64,000 bases of DNA, from NCBI GenBank assembly GCA_963796105.1, contig CAWCKJ010000009.1, forward strand, positions 1 to 64,000, given 5' to 3'. Below, in pieces: positions 16,152 to 25,208 of this stretch. Below the pieces are notes generated by a model that worked only from the letters and a program-made list of their open reading frames with translations, was not told the origin of the DNA and ran no database searches. The stretch comes from a candidate division FCPU426 bacterium. GTDB taxonomy: Bacteria; Oederibacteriota; Muellerivitia; Muellerivitales; Muellerivitaceae. Made by a program: the position numbers and the translations under genes. The first letter of the stretch is position 1. Each line of letters opens with the position of its first letter.

Positions 16152-17084
16152 TCAGCCCCCTCCCGGCATCGTCTTGAGGAAATCCTCGTAGGACTTTTTT
16201 TCCTCCGGGCTGTTGAAGCGCATGTAATGAAATTTGGGAGCCCGGCTCTTCAAGGGGTCCATTCCCTTCCAGGGGATCGTGTCGCAAAGAACCACCAAAG
16301 GTTTGCCGGGATGGGGAGTCATGGGCGGCGCGGCCAACTGCGCTGGGTCGTGGCCATTGACGCGGAAAGCCGCGCAGCCGAAGGCCTCGAAGCGGGCCTG
16401 GAGCGGCTCCATGCCCATGACGTCTGAGGTTTTCCCGTCGCATTGGTGGCCGTTCACATCCACGTAAATGCCCATGTTATCCAGCTTGTAATAGCTCATG
16501 GTTTGGGCGGCTTCCCAGACTTGGCCTGGTTGGAGCTCGCCGTCAGACATGAAGACCCAGACCTTGCCGGTGTCGCCCTTGAGCCTTCGGGCCAGCGCGA
16601 TACCCGCGGCCTGGCTGATGCCCTGGCCGAGGGAGCCGGTCATGACTTCCATGCCGGGGGAATGCTCGGCTCCGATCATCTCCAGGATGCCGCCGTCCTT
16701 GTTGAAATCTTTGAAGCCCCGTTCGTCCATCCGGCGGGTTTCCACCAGCGCGGCGTAAAGCACGAGGGAATAGTGCGTGGGGGAAAGGATGAAGCGGTCA
16801 AAATCCCGGCCCTTGGGGCCGTTGTAGAAGTCGCCCCGGCGGTAGTCCGGGTTGCCCTCGCCAGGCACCCCGGCGAAGGAAGCGGGTTTGATGGGGACTG
16901 GCACAGGACCCAGTTTCATGACGCGGGTGTAAAGGGTGGCGAAAATTTCCGCTGAGGAGCAGGCCTGGCTTAGGTAGCCGCCGTTGTGCCGGAGCGTATG
17001 TTCCAGGACCCTGCGGCGTATGCCGGAAGCCACGCGCGCTGTTTCCTGGGCGTGATAGGTTTCGCCGTCAACCAAGCCGAGCAT
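16152..17084 (-). CDS. Transketolase-like protein, N-terminal (TPP-binding) subunit
   Basis: DRFILSPTH, TGSLGQG, TPP motif SDGELQPGQVWEA...DVN, VNGHD. Confidence 0.92.
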   Translation of the reverse strand: MLGLVDGETYHAQETARVASGIRRRVLEHTLRHNGGYLSQACSSAEIFATLYTRVMKLGPVPVPIKPASFAGVPGEGNPDYRRGDFYNGPKGRDFDRFILSPTHYSLVLYAALVETRRMDERGFKDFNKDGGILEMIGAEHSPGMEVMTGSLGQGISQAAGIALARRLKGDTGKVWVFMSDGELQPGQVWEAAQTMSYYKLDNMGIYVDVNGHQCDGKTSDVMGMEPLQARFEAFGCAAFRVNGHDPAQLAAPPMTPHPGKPLVVLCDTIPWKGMDPLKSRAPKFHYMRFNSPEEKKSYEDFLKTMPGGG

Positions 17085-17314
17085 GAACCCTCCCCAGGTT
17101 CGAAAGGATGGGGCCCCGCACCGACCTAGCGAGGGGCTGAATGAAGGTCATCATAATGAAGGGACGCCAGGATAGGCAAGCAAGGAAAAATCGCCTCAAG
17201 CCACAACCCCACCTTAATTCACATGAAATTAACCGACACATCCGCCCCGGCTTACCGTCTAATGGGCGGTGTCCGATGTACCGGAAACCATCCCTCTATT
17301 CAGGAGGTCCATTG

Positions 17315-19543
17315 GTGCTCTTTCATTTTCCTCTCAAAAAAATCTTAGTCGTTTCCCTATTTTTAACATTGATAACAAGGCCCTGTCCCGCCGCCCTCCT
17401 GGTGGACGACTGCGAGGGCACGGCCCAATCCAACACCCTGGGAGGGGTCTGGTCCTCCTGGTGCGACCCCAACTCCAGCGTCGCCCCCAAACCCTTCACC
17501 TTCACTGAGGGAGGATACCAATCCGAACATTGCGCGAGGGTGGACTACGAACTCAAGCCCGGCATTTCGTATCCTTACGCCGGCATGAACACTACCTTCA
17601 AGGCCACCGATCTTTCCTCATACGAGGGAGTGCGTTTCCTGGCCAAGGGGGAGGGCTCCTGGAATTGCCAGGTCCCCCTCACTTCCACCAGCACCGAGTA
17701 CAACCATTTCGGCTCCCCCCTCGAGCTTACCCCCGATTGGAAGCTGTTTGAGCTTCCCTTTTCCCAACTGGTCCAGACTTGGGGCACCCATAAAACCTGG
17801 GACCCCACCCAGGTCACGGGGGTCCAATGGTCCGCAGGCGGCTCGGCCGGCTCCAAGGGCTACATCTGCGTGGACGGAATCGAGTTTTACAAGAAGGCCG
17901 AGGCGAGCCTGAAGCCTCCCGAGGCCAATCCCATCCTGAAGGAGCCCAAGGTCAACCAGCAAGGCTACCTGCCGGGCGCGGAGAAATATTTCGCGCTCAC
18001 TGAATTCCAGGGCGGCCCCAGACTGGGCGACCGCTTCAAAATCCAGGACGAAGCGGGAAAGACGGCTTATGCCGGAACCATTCGCGCCGACGCGGTAGAT
18101 GACACGCCTTCCACAGGCGAGAAGGTCTTCCAAGCGGATTTTTCGGGCTTGACCCGTCCGGGCCGTTACACCGTGGAAGTGGGCGGCCTCAAGTCCCAGC
18201 CCTTCGAGGTCGGCCCTTCGGTCTATCTTCCCCTCTTTAAGGACGCCTTGAGGTGCTTTTACGTCATCCGTTGCGGCACCGCCGTCGATGATCCCGTGAC
18301 CAGCATCAAACACCCGCCATGCCACCTGAAGGACGCGCCATCCCACGAGGACAGCAGGGTCCTGGACCTTTCCGGTGGCTGGCATAACGCGGACGATTAC
18401 GGCAAGTGGGTGCTGGAGGAGGGCCTCAGTTGTTCCTGGATGCTGTGGCTCTACGAGTTCAAGGAAAAGCAGATGGCCGGCTTGAAGATCGATATCCCGG
18501 AGTCTTCCAATGGAATGTCCGACCTGCTCAACCAGGCCAAGTGGGGCCTGGATTGGATGCTCAAGATGCAAAGGCCCGACGGGAGCGTTTTGCACAAGGT
18601 GGACGGGGAAGACCATTTTTGCGTCGGGACCCCTCCGGAAAAGGACCCTTTTCCCCGGTACTACAAAAAGCCTGGAACCATCGACGCGGCGGATTTCGTG
18701 GGGACCCTGTGCCTGGCCTCCCGGGCCTTCCGCAAGGCCAATCCCGCCTATGCCGATAAGTGTTTAGCCGCGGCCAAGAAAGCCTGGAATTGGCTGGAGC
18801 AAAACCCGAATGTAGTCGAACGCGATACCGACTACCTGGACATGGACCCTTCCCAGGAAAAAATCTGGGCCTTGGGGGAAATGGCACGCGTGACTGGAGA
18901 CCCAGTTTTGATGGAACGCTTCGGGAAGGAAGCGCCGTTGGAAAATCTCAAACAGGGCAGTTGGATGGAACCCCAATTTTTCGGCTATATGGCCCTGTGT
19001 TTGGACCCAGAATCGCCGGCCCCCTTGAAAGAGGCGATCCGAAAGGCCTTGGTCCAGGCTTGCGACGATCTGGTGAAGGCTTCCCAGGCCAACGGCTACG
19101 GCGTGGTCCAGGCGGCGAACGAGTATTGGTGGGAATCCAACGAAAACCTTTTGGACAAGACCAGCCTGCTTCTTTTTGGTTTCGAGGCCACGGGCAACGC
19201 CCTGTACCGCGAGACGGCCCTGAGGCAGATGGACTGGCTGTTGGGCGAGAACAGCCTTGGTTTTTCCTTCGTCACGGGCCATGGGACCCGCTCCACGTCG
19301 CATCCCTGGCACTGGACCAGCCATGATTACGGGAAACTCATGCCGGGTTGGGTTTCAGGCGGTCCCAACCAATATCCCGCCGGAGCTGACACCCTCCTGG
19401 TTTCCGTCATCAACCGAGGCACACCGCCCGCCAAGTGTTTCGTGGACGCCAACAACTCAAGCGGTTCCTGGGCCTCCAACGAGGGGGAAACCTCCGAAAC
19501 CGCGGCGCTCGTGTTCTGCGCGGGATACCTTTCGGGCCAATAA
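17315..19543 (+). CDS. Secreted GH9-family glycoside hydrolase with N-terminal CBM11/CIA30-like and Ig-like domains
   Basis: AGGAGG SD before GTG 17315; KVNQQGY Ig domain; GGWHNADDYGK; WGLDWMLKMQ; DWLLGENSLGFSFVTGHG; SWASNE. Confidence 0.88.
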   Translation: MLFHFPLKKILVVSLFLTLITRPCPAALLVDDCEGTAQSNTLGGVWSSWCDPNSSVAPKPFTFTEGGYQSEHCARVDYELKPGISYPYAGMNTTFKATDLSSYEGVRFLAKGEGSWNCQVPLTSTSTEYNHFGSPLELTPDWKLFELPFSQLVQTWGTHKTWDPTQVTGVQWSAGGSAGSKGYICVDGIEFYKKAEASLKPPEANPILKEPKVNQQGYLPGAEKYFALTEFQGGPRLGDRFKIQDEAGKTAYAGTIRADAVDDTPSTGEKVFQADFSGLTRPGRYTVEVGGLKSQPFEVGPSVYLPLFKDALRCFYVIRCGTAVDDPVTSIKHPPCHLKDAPSHEDSRVLDLSGGWHNADDYGKWVLEEGLSCSWMLWLYEFKEKQMAGLKIDIPESSNGMSDLLNQAKWGLDWMLKMQRPDGSVLHKVDGEDHFCVGTPPEKDPFPRYYKKPGTIDAADFVGTLCLASRAFRKANPAYADKCLAAAKKAWNWLEQNPNVVERDTDYLDMDPSQEKIWALGEMARVTGDPVLMERFGKEAPLENLKQGSWMEPQFFGYMALCLDPESPAPLKEAIRKALVQACDDLVKASQANGYGVVQAANEYWWESNENLLDKTSLLLFGFEATGNALYRETALRQMDWLLGENSLGFSFVTGHGTRSTSHPWHWTSHDYGKLMPGWVSGGPNQYPAGADTLLVSVINRGTPPAKCFVDANNSSGSWASNEGETSETAALVFCAGYLSGQ

Positions 19544-19572
19544 AAACACCGGTCCCCTTTTAAGCGACAGCG

Positions 19573-20613
19573 CTACTGGTTCAGCATCCCCTTGAAAAAA
19601 GATCCTGACTCTGTGGGGGTGTAATCCCAGTCCTTGAAGAGCGGCATGGGCCATCCAGGGCCGTCGTAGAAAACGAACGCCGTCCAGGACATGCCCCTTG
19701 TCTTAGCGAAGGCCAGGATGCGGCGTCCATAGTCCGTGTCGGCCTTGTAGACCTCCGGCATCACTGTGTCATGGGGGTCAAATCCAAACTCGGTCAATAT
19801 CACCGGATAATCCTTGGCCAGGTATCCAAAATCCCTTTCCCAATTTTCTTCCCAAGCCCCCTTGGGCGCGTGTCCGGGATAGGGATGTGCCGCGAACGCG
19901 ATTCCCTTGTTTCTCAAAGGTTCGGCGGAAACACCTCTCAAGTCGTAGGCCCATTGGAGGCCGCCTACCACGGGAATCGCCCGGGGATTATGGGCATAAA
20001 TCACGTCAATCATTTCGTCCGCCATGTCCTTCCATTGGGACCAGGCCAAATGCCCGCCTTTCCAATCCATGGCGGCCGGCTCGTTGAATATCTCGTAAAA
20101 GGCCACGGCCGGCTCGTCCTTGTACCTTTCCGCGACAGAGGCCCAGAAGTCCCTCATTTCCGGCAAGGTGGTCCTCATTTCCTCCTGCCACGGTTCCTGG
20201 AAAATCCCGGAAATCGGATTGCCGATGGAATGCCAATCCACCATGACATACATCCCATGCCTCTTACTCCAATCCACAGCCTGGGCGAGCGCGGTCAGGT
20301 ACCTTTCCTTGCCGATTTTCCGGTAACTGCCCGGATCGATGGGAACGCGCACCAAGCGCGCGCCCCAAGCCGCGGCTTGTTTGAAGTAATCCTCAGTCCA
20401 ATGACCTTCCTGTTGGAGGATGGAGGGATAGCAGAGGTTGAGGCCCTTGAGGACCACTGTGTTTCCATTCGCATCCACGAAATGGTTTCCTTGGACCTTG
20501 AGAAGCACTAGGGAATTTGGGACTTCATTCACCCGGATTGAGCTAAGCGCACAGCTGGTGGCCAGGGCTGCCAATAAGCACAAAACGCCAGCCCGTAAAA
20601 ATAATTTTTTCAT
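19573..20613 (-). CDS. GH5-family glycoside hydrolase, probable lipoprotein
   Basis: LATSC lipobox-like; VRVP, VDWH, YEIFNEP (acid/base), AHPY, LTEFG (nucleophile). Confidence 0.9.
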   Translation of the reverse strand: MKKLFLRAGVLCLLAALATSCALSSIRVNEVPNSLVLLKVQGNHFVDANGNTVVLKGLNLCYPSILQQEGHWTEDYFKQAAAWGARLVRVPIDPGSYRKIGKERYLTALAQAVDWSKRHGMYVMVDWHSIGNPISGIFQEPWQEEMRTTLPEMRDFWASVAERYKDEPAVAFYEIFNEPAAMDWKGGHLAWSQWKDMADEMIDVIYAHNPRAIPVVGGLQWAYDLRGVSAEPLRNKGIAFAAHPYPGHAPKGAWEENWERDFGYLAKDYPVILTEFGFDPHDTVMPEVYKADTDYGRRILAFAKTRGMSWTAFVFYDGPGWPMPLFKDWDYTPTESGSFFKGMLNQ

Positions 20614-20713
20614 GTCAGACACTCCTGGTGTCAGGAATCGTCGAGGAAAAAGTTAAGCGCTTCATTAGACGAGGGTTTTGCAATAGGTGTCATTGGAATA
20701 TATCGTTACAAAT

Positions 20714-20749
20714 AAAAAAACCCCGGGCTCGGCGTGGGCCCGGGGTTTT
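20714..20749 (-). terminator. Rho-independent terminator
   Basis: CCCCGGGC-loop-GCCCGGGG followed by T7 on the - strand, just after the stop at 20764. Confidence 0.8.
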
Positions 20750-20763
20750 AACTTCCGATTAAA

Positions 20764-21840
20764 TTATTTCTCGATGGTGATTTCCCCAACCTCAAAACCA
20801 TGCGAGCCAGGTGTTATGGGAGCGAGGTTAAAAGTCTCGATCCGGGACAAATCCTGCTTGGCCCCCTTCTTGGCGTCCGTCGGCTGGTAATAAGGGTTCA
20901 AGACGATGTCCTTGAAGTCCAGCGTGACCGTTTCCCAGCCTGATCCGCGGGTGGATGGCACCGCCCCGAAATAAGCGTTCTGGTTGGCGTCGTTGAACCC
21001 GAATTGCAGGGCGATGGGCTCATCCGATTTGACCTTGATGACCACCTGCTTGGCCCCGGTCCAATCCTGCCCATCCCAGCTATCCCCGGCCCGGAACCAG
21101 CCGCCGCACCATCCCCCGACCTTGAACGAATAGTTGTACCCCAGGACTTTCTTTCCATCGGCGTCGGGATCGTTTTTCACTGCCAGTTTGGCGAAGGTTC
21201 CCTTCTTGTCGTCCGCGAAAGTCCCATAGGAACTCTTCTCCAGCATGGTGAAATCCTGGACTACCAGGGTCTTGCCAGCCGGAGCGATTCCCGTCGAGGC
21301 CTCGACCTTGCCCTTGATCGAGGAAACGGGACCGATCAGATAGGAGGAAGTTCCGTGAGCCTGGGGTTGGATGACCAACGAAACGATCTTGTTCCAACGG
21401 ATCTTGGCGTCCTTTGGCGCGTCCGGCATGGGCCAGGGCGTTTTCTTGAACAGCGAAAGGGGGATGATGAAATCCGTCCAATCCGCCGAGGTCACCTTGA
21501 CCTTGGTGACATATTGCGTTTTTTGGTCGTCCGTGAGCCCCACCATGATCAGTCCTGGCGTCAGGGTCTTGGCCTTGAAAGAGACGGCCGACATGCCGGT
21601 CAGGTCCCCCTCGGCCAGTGTCCAAGCTCCGCCCCAGCTCACCAGGTTGCAGGTGATCTTGAGGGCTTCTTCCCCCTCGGGGCCCTGGGCCTTTTCCATC
21701 TTGACCGTGGAACCTTCCTTATCGGTGAAGACTCCCGCGGTCTTTCCGGGATTCATCACGGTCCAATCCTGCAGGACCGCCGCCCCCGCGAGGGAAACAA
21801 GCGCCCAAGCCAGGGCCGCTCCCATGAGATTTTTTTTCAT
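20764..21840 (-). CDS. Secreted protein with two CBM11/CIA30-like carbohydrate-binding domains, no catalytic domain seen
   Basis: Signal peptide; repeated DLTG..VSFKAK / DWTG..VVIKVK and WTDFIIPLSLF / WETVTLDFKDI patterns, similar to the GH9 N-domain. Confidence 0.7.
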   Translation of the reverse strand: MKKNLMGAALAWALVSLAGAAVLQDWTVMNPGKTAGVFTDKEGSTVKMEKAQGPEGEEALKITCNLVSWGGAWTLAEGDLTGMSAVSFKAKTLTPGLIMVGLTDDQKTQYVTKVKVTSADWTDFIIPLSLFKKTPWPMPDAPKDAKIRWNKIVSLVIQPQAHGTSSYLIGPVSSIKGKVEASTGIAPAGKTLVVQDFTMLEKSSYGTFADDKKGTFAKLAVKNDPDADGKKVLGYNYSFKVGGWCGGWFRAGDSWDGQDWTGAKQVVIKVKSDEPIALQFGFNDANQNAYFGAVPSTRGSGWETVTLDFKDIVLNPYYQPTDAKKGAKQDLSRIETFNLAPITPGSHGFEVGEITIEK

Positions 21841-22065
21841 ATCGCACCTCCATTGAAATGTAAAACACGTTCAATCAACCGCGCAAATTAGACGACGTTT
21901 TCTATCGAAGTGTCGTCATTTGAATTTAATTCACTTTCACCTCAGAGAGTCACAGTTAAAATTTATCAAAATCCTTCTTTTTCCTTACATTCAACGACAT
22001 TTCGATGCGTTGAGACCAATCCGTTAACGGGTTTTAATGTCATGAAAAGTATTCAAGAAAGAACT

Positions 22066-22473
22066 TTATTTTCCAGAAGGCCCTACGGCAATGGCGGTCG
22101 GGCCGGAGTCGGTGGTCCAAAGGAAGCGGTCCATTCGACCATGGATGCGGTCGTGGATCTTCACGAATTGGTCGGCCTGGTCCGGCGTCAAGACCCTGAC
22201 GATGGCGTCCTCGCCCTGCCGGTCCAGGGTGCCAACCTGGAATTTCCACTGATGGCGCAATTCCTCCATCCGGTCCTTCTGGTCGGATAAGATCTCCCCG
22301 ATCCTCACTTTTTGATCGGAATTAAGTTTCAAGTCCTGGTCCAACTGGGCCAAGAGCCGGTCCGCGGGGTTCCAGGACCCCAGGGTCCGCTCGTAATAAA
22401 CCCTCATCATCCAGGACCCCCCGGCCAGGCCCGCCATCAGGCCGAGAATCAAGAATACGAAATATTTACTCAT
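22066..22473 (-). CDS. Membrane-anchored Spy/CpxP-like periplasmic protein
   Basis: N-terminal TM; LKLNSDQ and VLTPDQ (LTxxQ) motifs; third gene of the ECF operon. Confidence 0.7.
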   Translation of the reverse strand: MSKYFVFLILGLMAGLAGGSWMMRVYYERTLGSWNPADRLLAQLDQDLKLNSDQKVRIGEILSDQKDRMEELRHQWKFQVGTLDRQGEDAIVRVLTPDQADQFVKIHDRIHGRMDRFLWTTDSGPTAIAVGPSGK

Positions 22474-22483
22474 GGGTTTTCCT

Positions 22484-22876
22484 TTATGGTCTGAAGGATT
22501 GGTTCCGGCTCATGGATCCCTGGGTGGAATCGTTCCAAGCGAAAGACTTGTCCGCGTTCACCCAGGAGCGCTCCGGGTGCCAGAAGGCGGCGATAACCAG
22601 GAAAGCGGCGACCGCGGTTCCCGCCAGAGGCGCCAATAGGCCCCGCCAGAAGATCACGCGCCGCTCCGGAAGATGAGCCATGACGCGCTGGTTGAAACCA
22701 GGCGGCAGGGGCGCGTCTCTCCAGCGTTCCACCAGGGCCCGGCAGTCCGCGCAGGACTCCAGGTGGAGAACCACCGTCAACCTCTCGGCCCCCTTCAATT
22801 CCCCCCGCCGGTATTCCCCGGCTTTCCCAAATATTTCCTCATGCAGCATGGTTTTTCCCTCATTCAGGCCGGACAT
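22484..22876 (-). CDS. Zinc-binding (ZAS) anti-sigma factor
   Basis: HLESCADC (HxxxCxxC) followed by one TM helix. Confidence 0.85.
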   Translation of the reverse strand: MSGLNEGKTMLHEEIFGKAGEYRRGELKGAERLTVVLHLESCADCRALVERWRDAPLPPGFNQRVMAHLPERRVIFWRGLLAPLAGTAVAAFLVIAAFWHPERSWVNADKSFAWNDSTQGSMSRNQSFRP

Positions 22877-22906
22877 CAGCCGGTCGATTCCCGTCCTTCA
22901 AACCCA

Positions 22907-23512
22907 TCAGCCCCCATTAGACGAAGGCTCCTCCAAAAAGTGTTGAAGCTTCATTCTGGCCCTTTTTAAACGGCCCTTGACCCCATCCAGGCTCAACCCC
23001 AATTCCCCCGCGATCTGCTCATAGGAGAGTTTTCCCTTATCCAGCATCAACTGGATCACCCTTCTCTCCCCCTCGCTCAGGGCCCCCAGCATCCCCTCGG
23101 TGACTTTCGGAAGGGGTTCAGGTGAATCCTGGGTGCCATCCACCGCCACAACCTGTATGGATTTCCCGCCCTCCTGGAGCCCTTCCAGGGAAAAGATATG
23201 CCTGCGGTTTTTCTTGCGGATCATGTCCTTGCAGTGATTAACGGCGATCCGGGTGATCCAGGTCCTGAACGAAGAAGCCCCCTTATAGGATGAAAGCCCG
23301 CGGTAAGCCTTGATGAAGGCCACCTGGGCGGCTTCCTCGGCCTCATGGGGGTCGCCGAGAACAGCCAGGCAGAGCTGGTATAGGTTTGTCCCATGGCGCT
23401 CCACTATTTCGGCGTAGAGGTCCCGATTCCCCGCGAGGATTTCCCGGATGAGCTCCTTCTCTTTGATGGCGGCACCCCTTCGGATTTTATGGGTAATACG
23501 GCTCCAAGCCAT
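22907..23512 (-). CDS. ECF RNA polymerase sigma factor
   Basis: AEEAAQVAFIKAY, SFRTWITRIAVNHCKD, SYEQIAGELGLSLDGVKGRLKRAR. Confidence 0.93.
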   Translation of the reverse strand: MAWSRITHKIRRGAAIKEKELIREILAGNRDLYAEIVERHGTNLYQLCLAVLGDPHEAEEAAQVAFIKAYRGLSSYKGASSFRTWITRIAVNHCKDMIRKKNRRHIFSLEGLQEGGKSIQVVAVDGTQDSPEPLPKVTEGMLGALSEGERRVIQLMLDKGKLSYEQIAGELGLSLDGVKGRLKRARMKLQHFLEEPSSNGG

Positions 23513-23618
23513 TATACCCCTGACATGATCCTGTGGTTTTTCAAGGAATTAGACGAAGTTCAGGAACAGAGGTGTCGCTTAATTCCTTTGGAACGGCTGA
23601 TATTGTCGAGTTTTAGAC

Positions 23619-24575
23619 TTAAACGCCTGGCGGGAAAAACACCAAAAGGGCGGTGCCGACAAAAAGCAATATTCCCAGAACGGTTTGAGTCTTGACCCAA
23701 AGATTGTTCCGATGGCTCCAGGAATACCTGGGTTTGGCGATTAGGCCGATGACAGCCCCGCAGGCGAAACCCGCGATATGGGCGCCGTTGTCGGCGTGGA
23801 TGAAAAAGCCGAAAAGGACCGTATAGAGGGTCCACTTTACCATCAAGTCCCTGACGGACCGGCCCATGGGGGTACCATCCCTCTGTCCCCAACCAGCGGC
23901 CAGGCCGCAGAGGCCCATGATAGCTCCAGAGGCGCCAATGGCCGGGGCGTGAAGGCCCAGGACCTCGCTTCCCACATTGGCCAGGATCCCCGTCAGCATG
24001 AAGTAGAACAGGACCCTTCCCTTGCCGAAGATTTCCTCCAGCGTCGGCCCGATCTGCTGGAGCGCCATGAGGTTGAAGAGAATGTGTAAAAACCCCGCGT
24101 GAAGGAGGATTGCGGTGGACAGGCGCCACCATTGCCCGGCCCAGACATAGGGAGGATAGTGGGCGCCAAAACGCATGAGGGTTTCGATGTCAAAGGACAT
24201 CAAGCCCCCGCCGCCCTGGTAAACCATCAGCCTGACATAGGCCGCCACGCAAACCGCCGTGATAACGCCGGTGACGGAACCGAATTTCGGGAGGGTGAAG
24301 CCCATTCGGCGCATTATTTCCCAGAAGCGGAAAGAAAGCCTCTTTCCGCAGGCGGAGCAGGTTTTATTGTTCTTGTCCTGAAGGCTCCCACAATGGGGGC
24401 AGACCTTATGCTCGTAGGTGATGTGCTCGACCGTGGATTGCCCCTGGGCCTTCGCCCGCCCCATGGATTCCCGCCAGGCGATGAGCTTCCAACGCAGGCG
24501 CACGGGATTCACCCCAAAAAACGAGGCGACTTTGACCACCCAGTCGATCCAGTCGGTCTTCCCCGGCTCTTCCAT
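23619..24575 (-). CDS. Rhomboid intramembrane serine protease with N-terminal zinc ribbon
   Basis: CPHC..CSAC, QWWRL, HAGFLHILFN, GASG, AHIAG. Confidence 0.92.
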   Translation of the reverse strand: MEEPGKTDWIDWVVKVASFFGVNPVRLRWKLIAWRESMGRAKAQGQSTVEHITYEHKVCPHCGSLQDKNNKTCSACGKRLSFRFWEIMRRMGFTLPKFGSVTGVITAVCVAAYVRLMVYQGGGGLMSFDIETLMRFGAHYPPYVWAGQWWRLSTAILLHAGFLHILFNLMALQQIGPTLEEIFGKGRVLFYFMLTGILANVGSEVLGLHAPAIGASGAIMGLCGLAAGWGQRDGTPMGRSVRDLMVKWTLYTVLFGFFIHADNGAHIAGFACGAVIGLIAKPRYSWSHRNNLWVKTQTVLGILLFVGTALLVFFPPGV

Positions 24576-24577
24576 GC

Positions 24578-25129
24578 TCACCTGGCCTTCCACTCCCTCA
24601 GGCGCCTTTCCATTTGGCCGATATGGTGCTCGATGTGCCAGATATTCATGCCCACCATGTTTTCCACTGTCCGGACGCCGAATTCAGGATGCTTGACACG
24701 CTTAGTCCAGGCTGAGGGCCCGGCTCTTTTAATCAGGTCGGCGTTGGCTTTCCGGAGGATTTGGATCAGCGCCAATGCTTGCAGGGGGTCGGCCTTGGAG
24801 TAAAGGGTCGCGGCGGGCCATTTGGAGTGGTCCCAGGCGCTGACCATGGAGCCATTCTCGGCTACTGCCTTACGGAAGCGCATGTAAACATTGGCTTCCT
24901 GGTCGGCCAGGTGCCAAATCGCCTCGGCGACGCACCAATTTCCTTTTTTGGCCGTGTAGGTCCACATGGAACGGGGACATTTCCGGAGGGTTTGCCGCAC
25001 CCTCTCTCCACCCCTGGCAAAAGCCGCCAGTTTTCCGGAGCGGCTCCAGTGTTGGACCTCTTCCCTCAATTCAGCGCGCTTCTTGTCCGCTGGCGTCATC
25101 GTTATCTGGATATTCTTGGATTTTGGCAT
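24578..25129 (-). CDS. DinB-family protein
   Basis: WCVAEAIWHLAD, HPEFG, WHIEHHIGQM. Confidence 0.85.
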   Translation of the reverse strand: MPKSKNIQITMTPADKKRAELREEVQHWSRSGKLAAFARGGERVRQTLRKCPRSMWTYTAKKGNWCVAEAIWHLADQEANVYMRFRKAVAENGSMVSAWDHSKWPAATLYSKADPLQALALIQILRKANADLIKRAGPSAWTKRVKHPEFGVRTVENMVGMNIWHIEHHIGQMERRLREWKAR

Positions 25130-25208
25130 TGGAGAAACCTTTCCGCCGAAAAAATCCGGCAATGAGATCGGAAAATCATCACAAATTAATAATTCAAAAT
25201 CGTGTCTA

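Noticed and set aside
16150..16443. N-terminal 98-aa extension of track ORF 15142..16443
   Set aside because: Overlaps the upstream transketolase subunit in another frame; homology starts at MEILSR (16149), behind a GGAGG-like SD.
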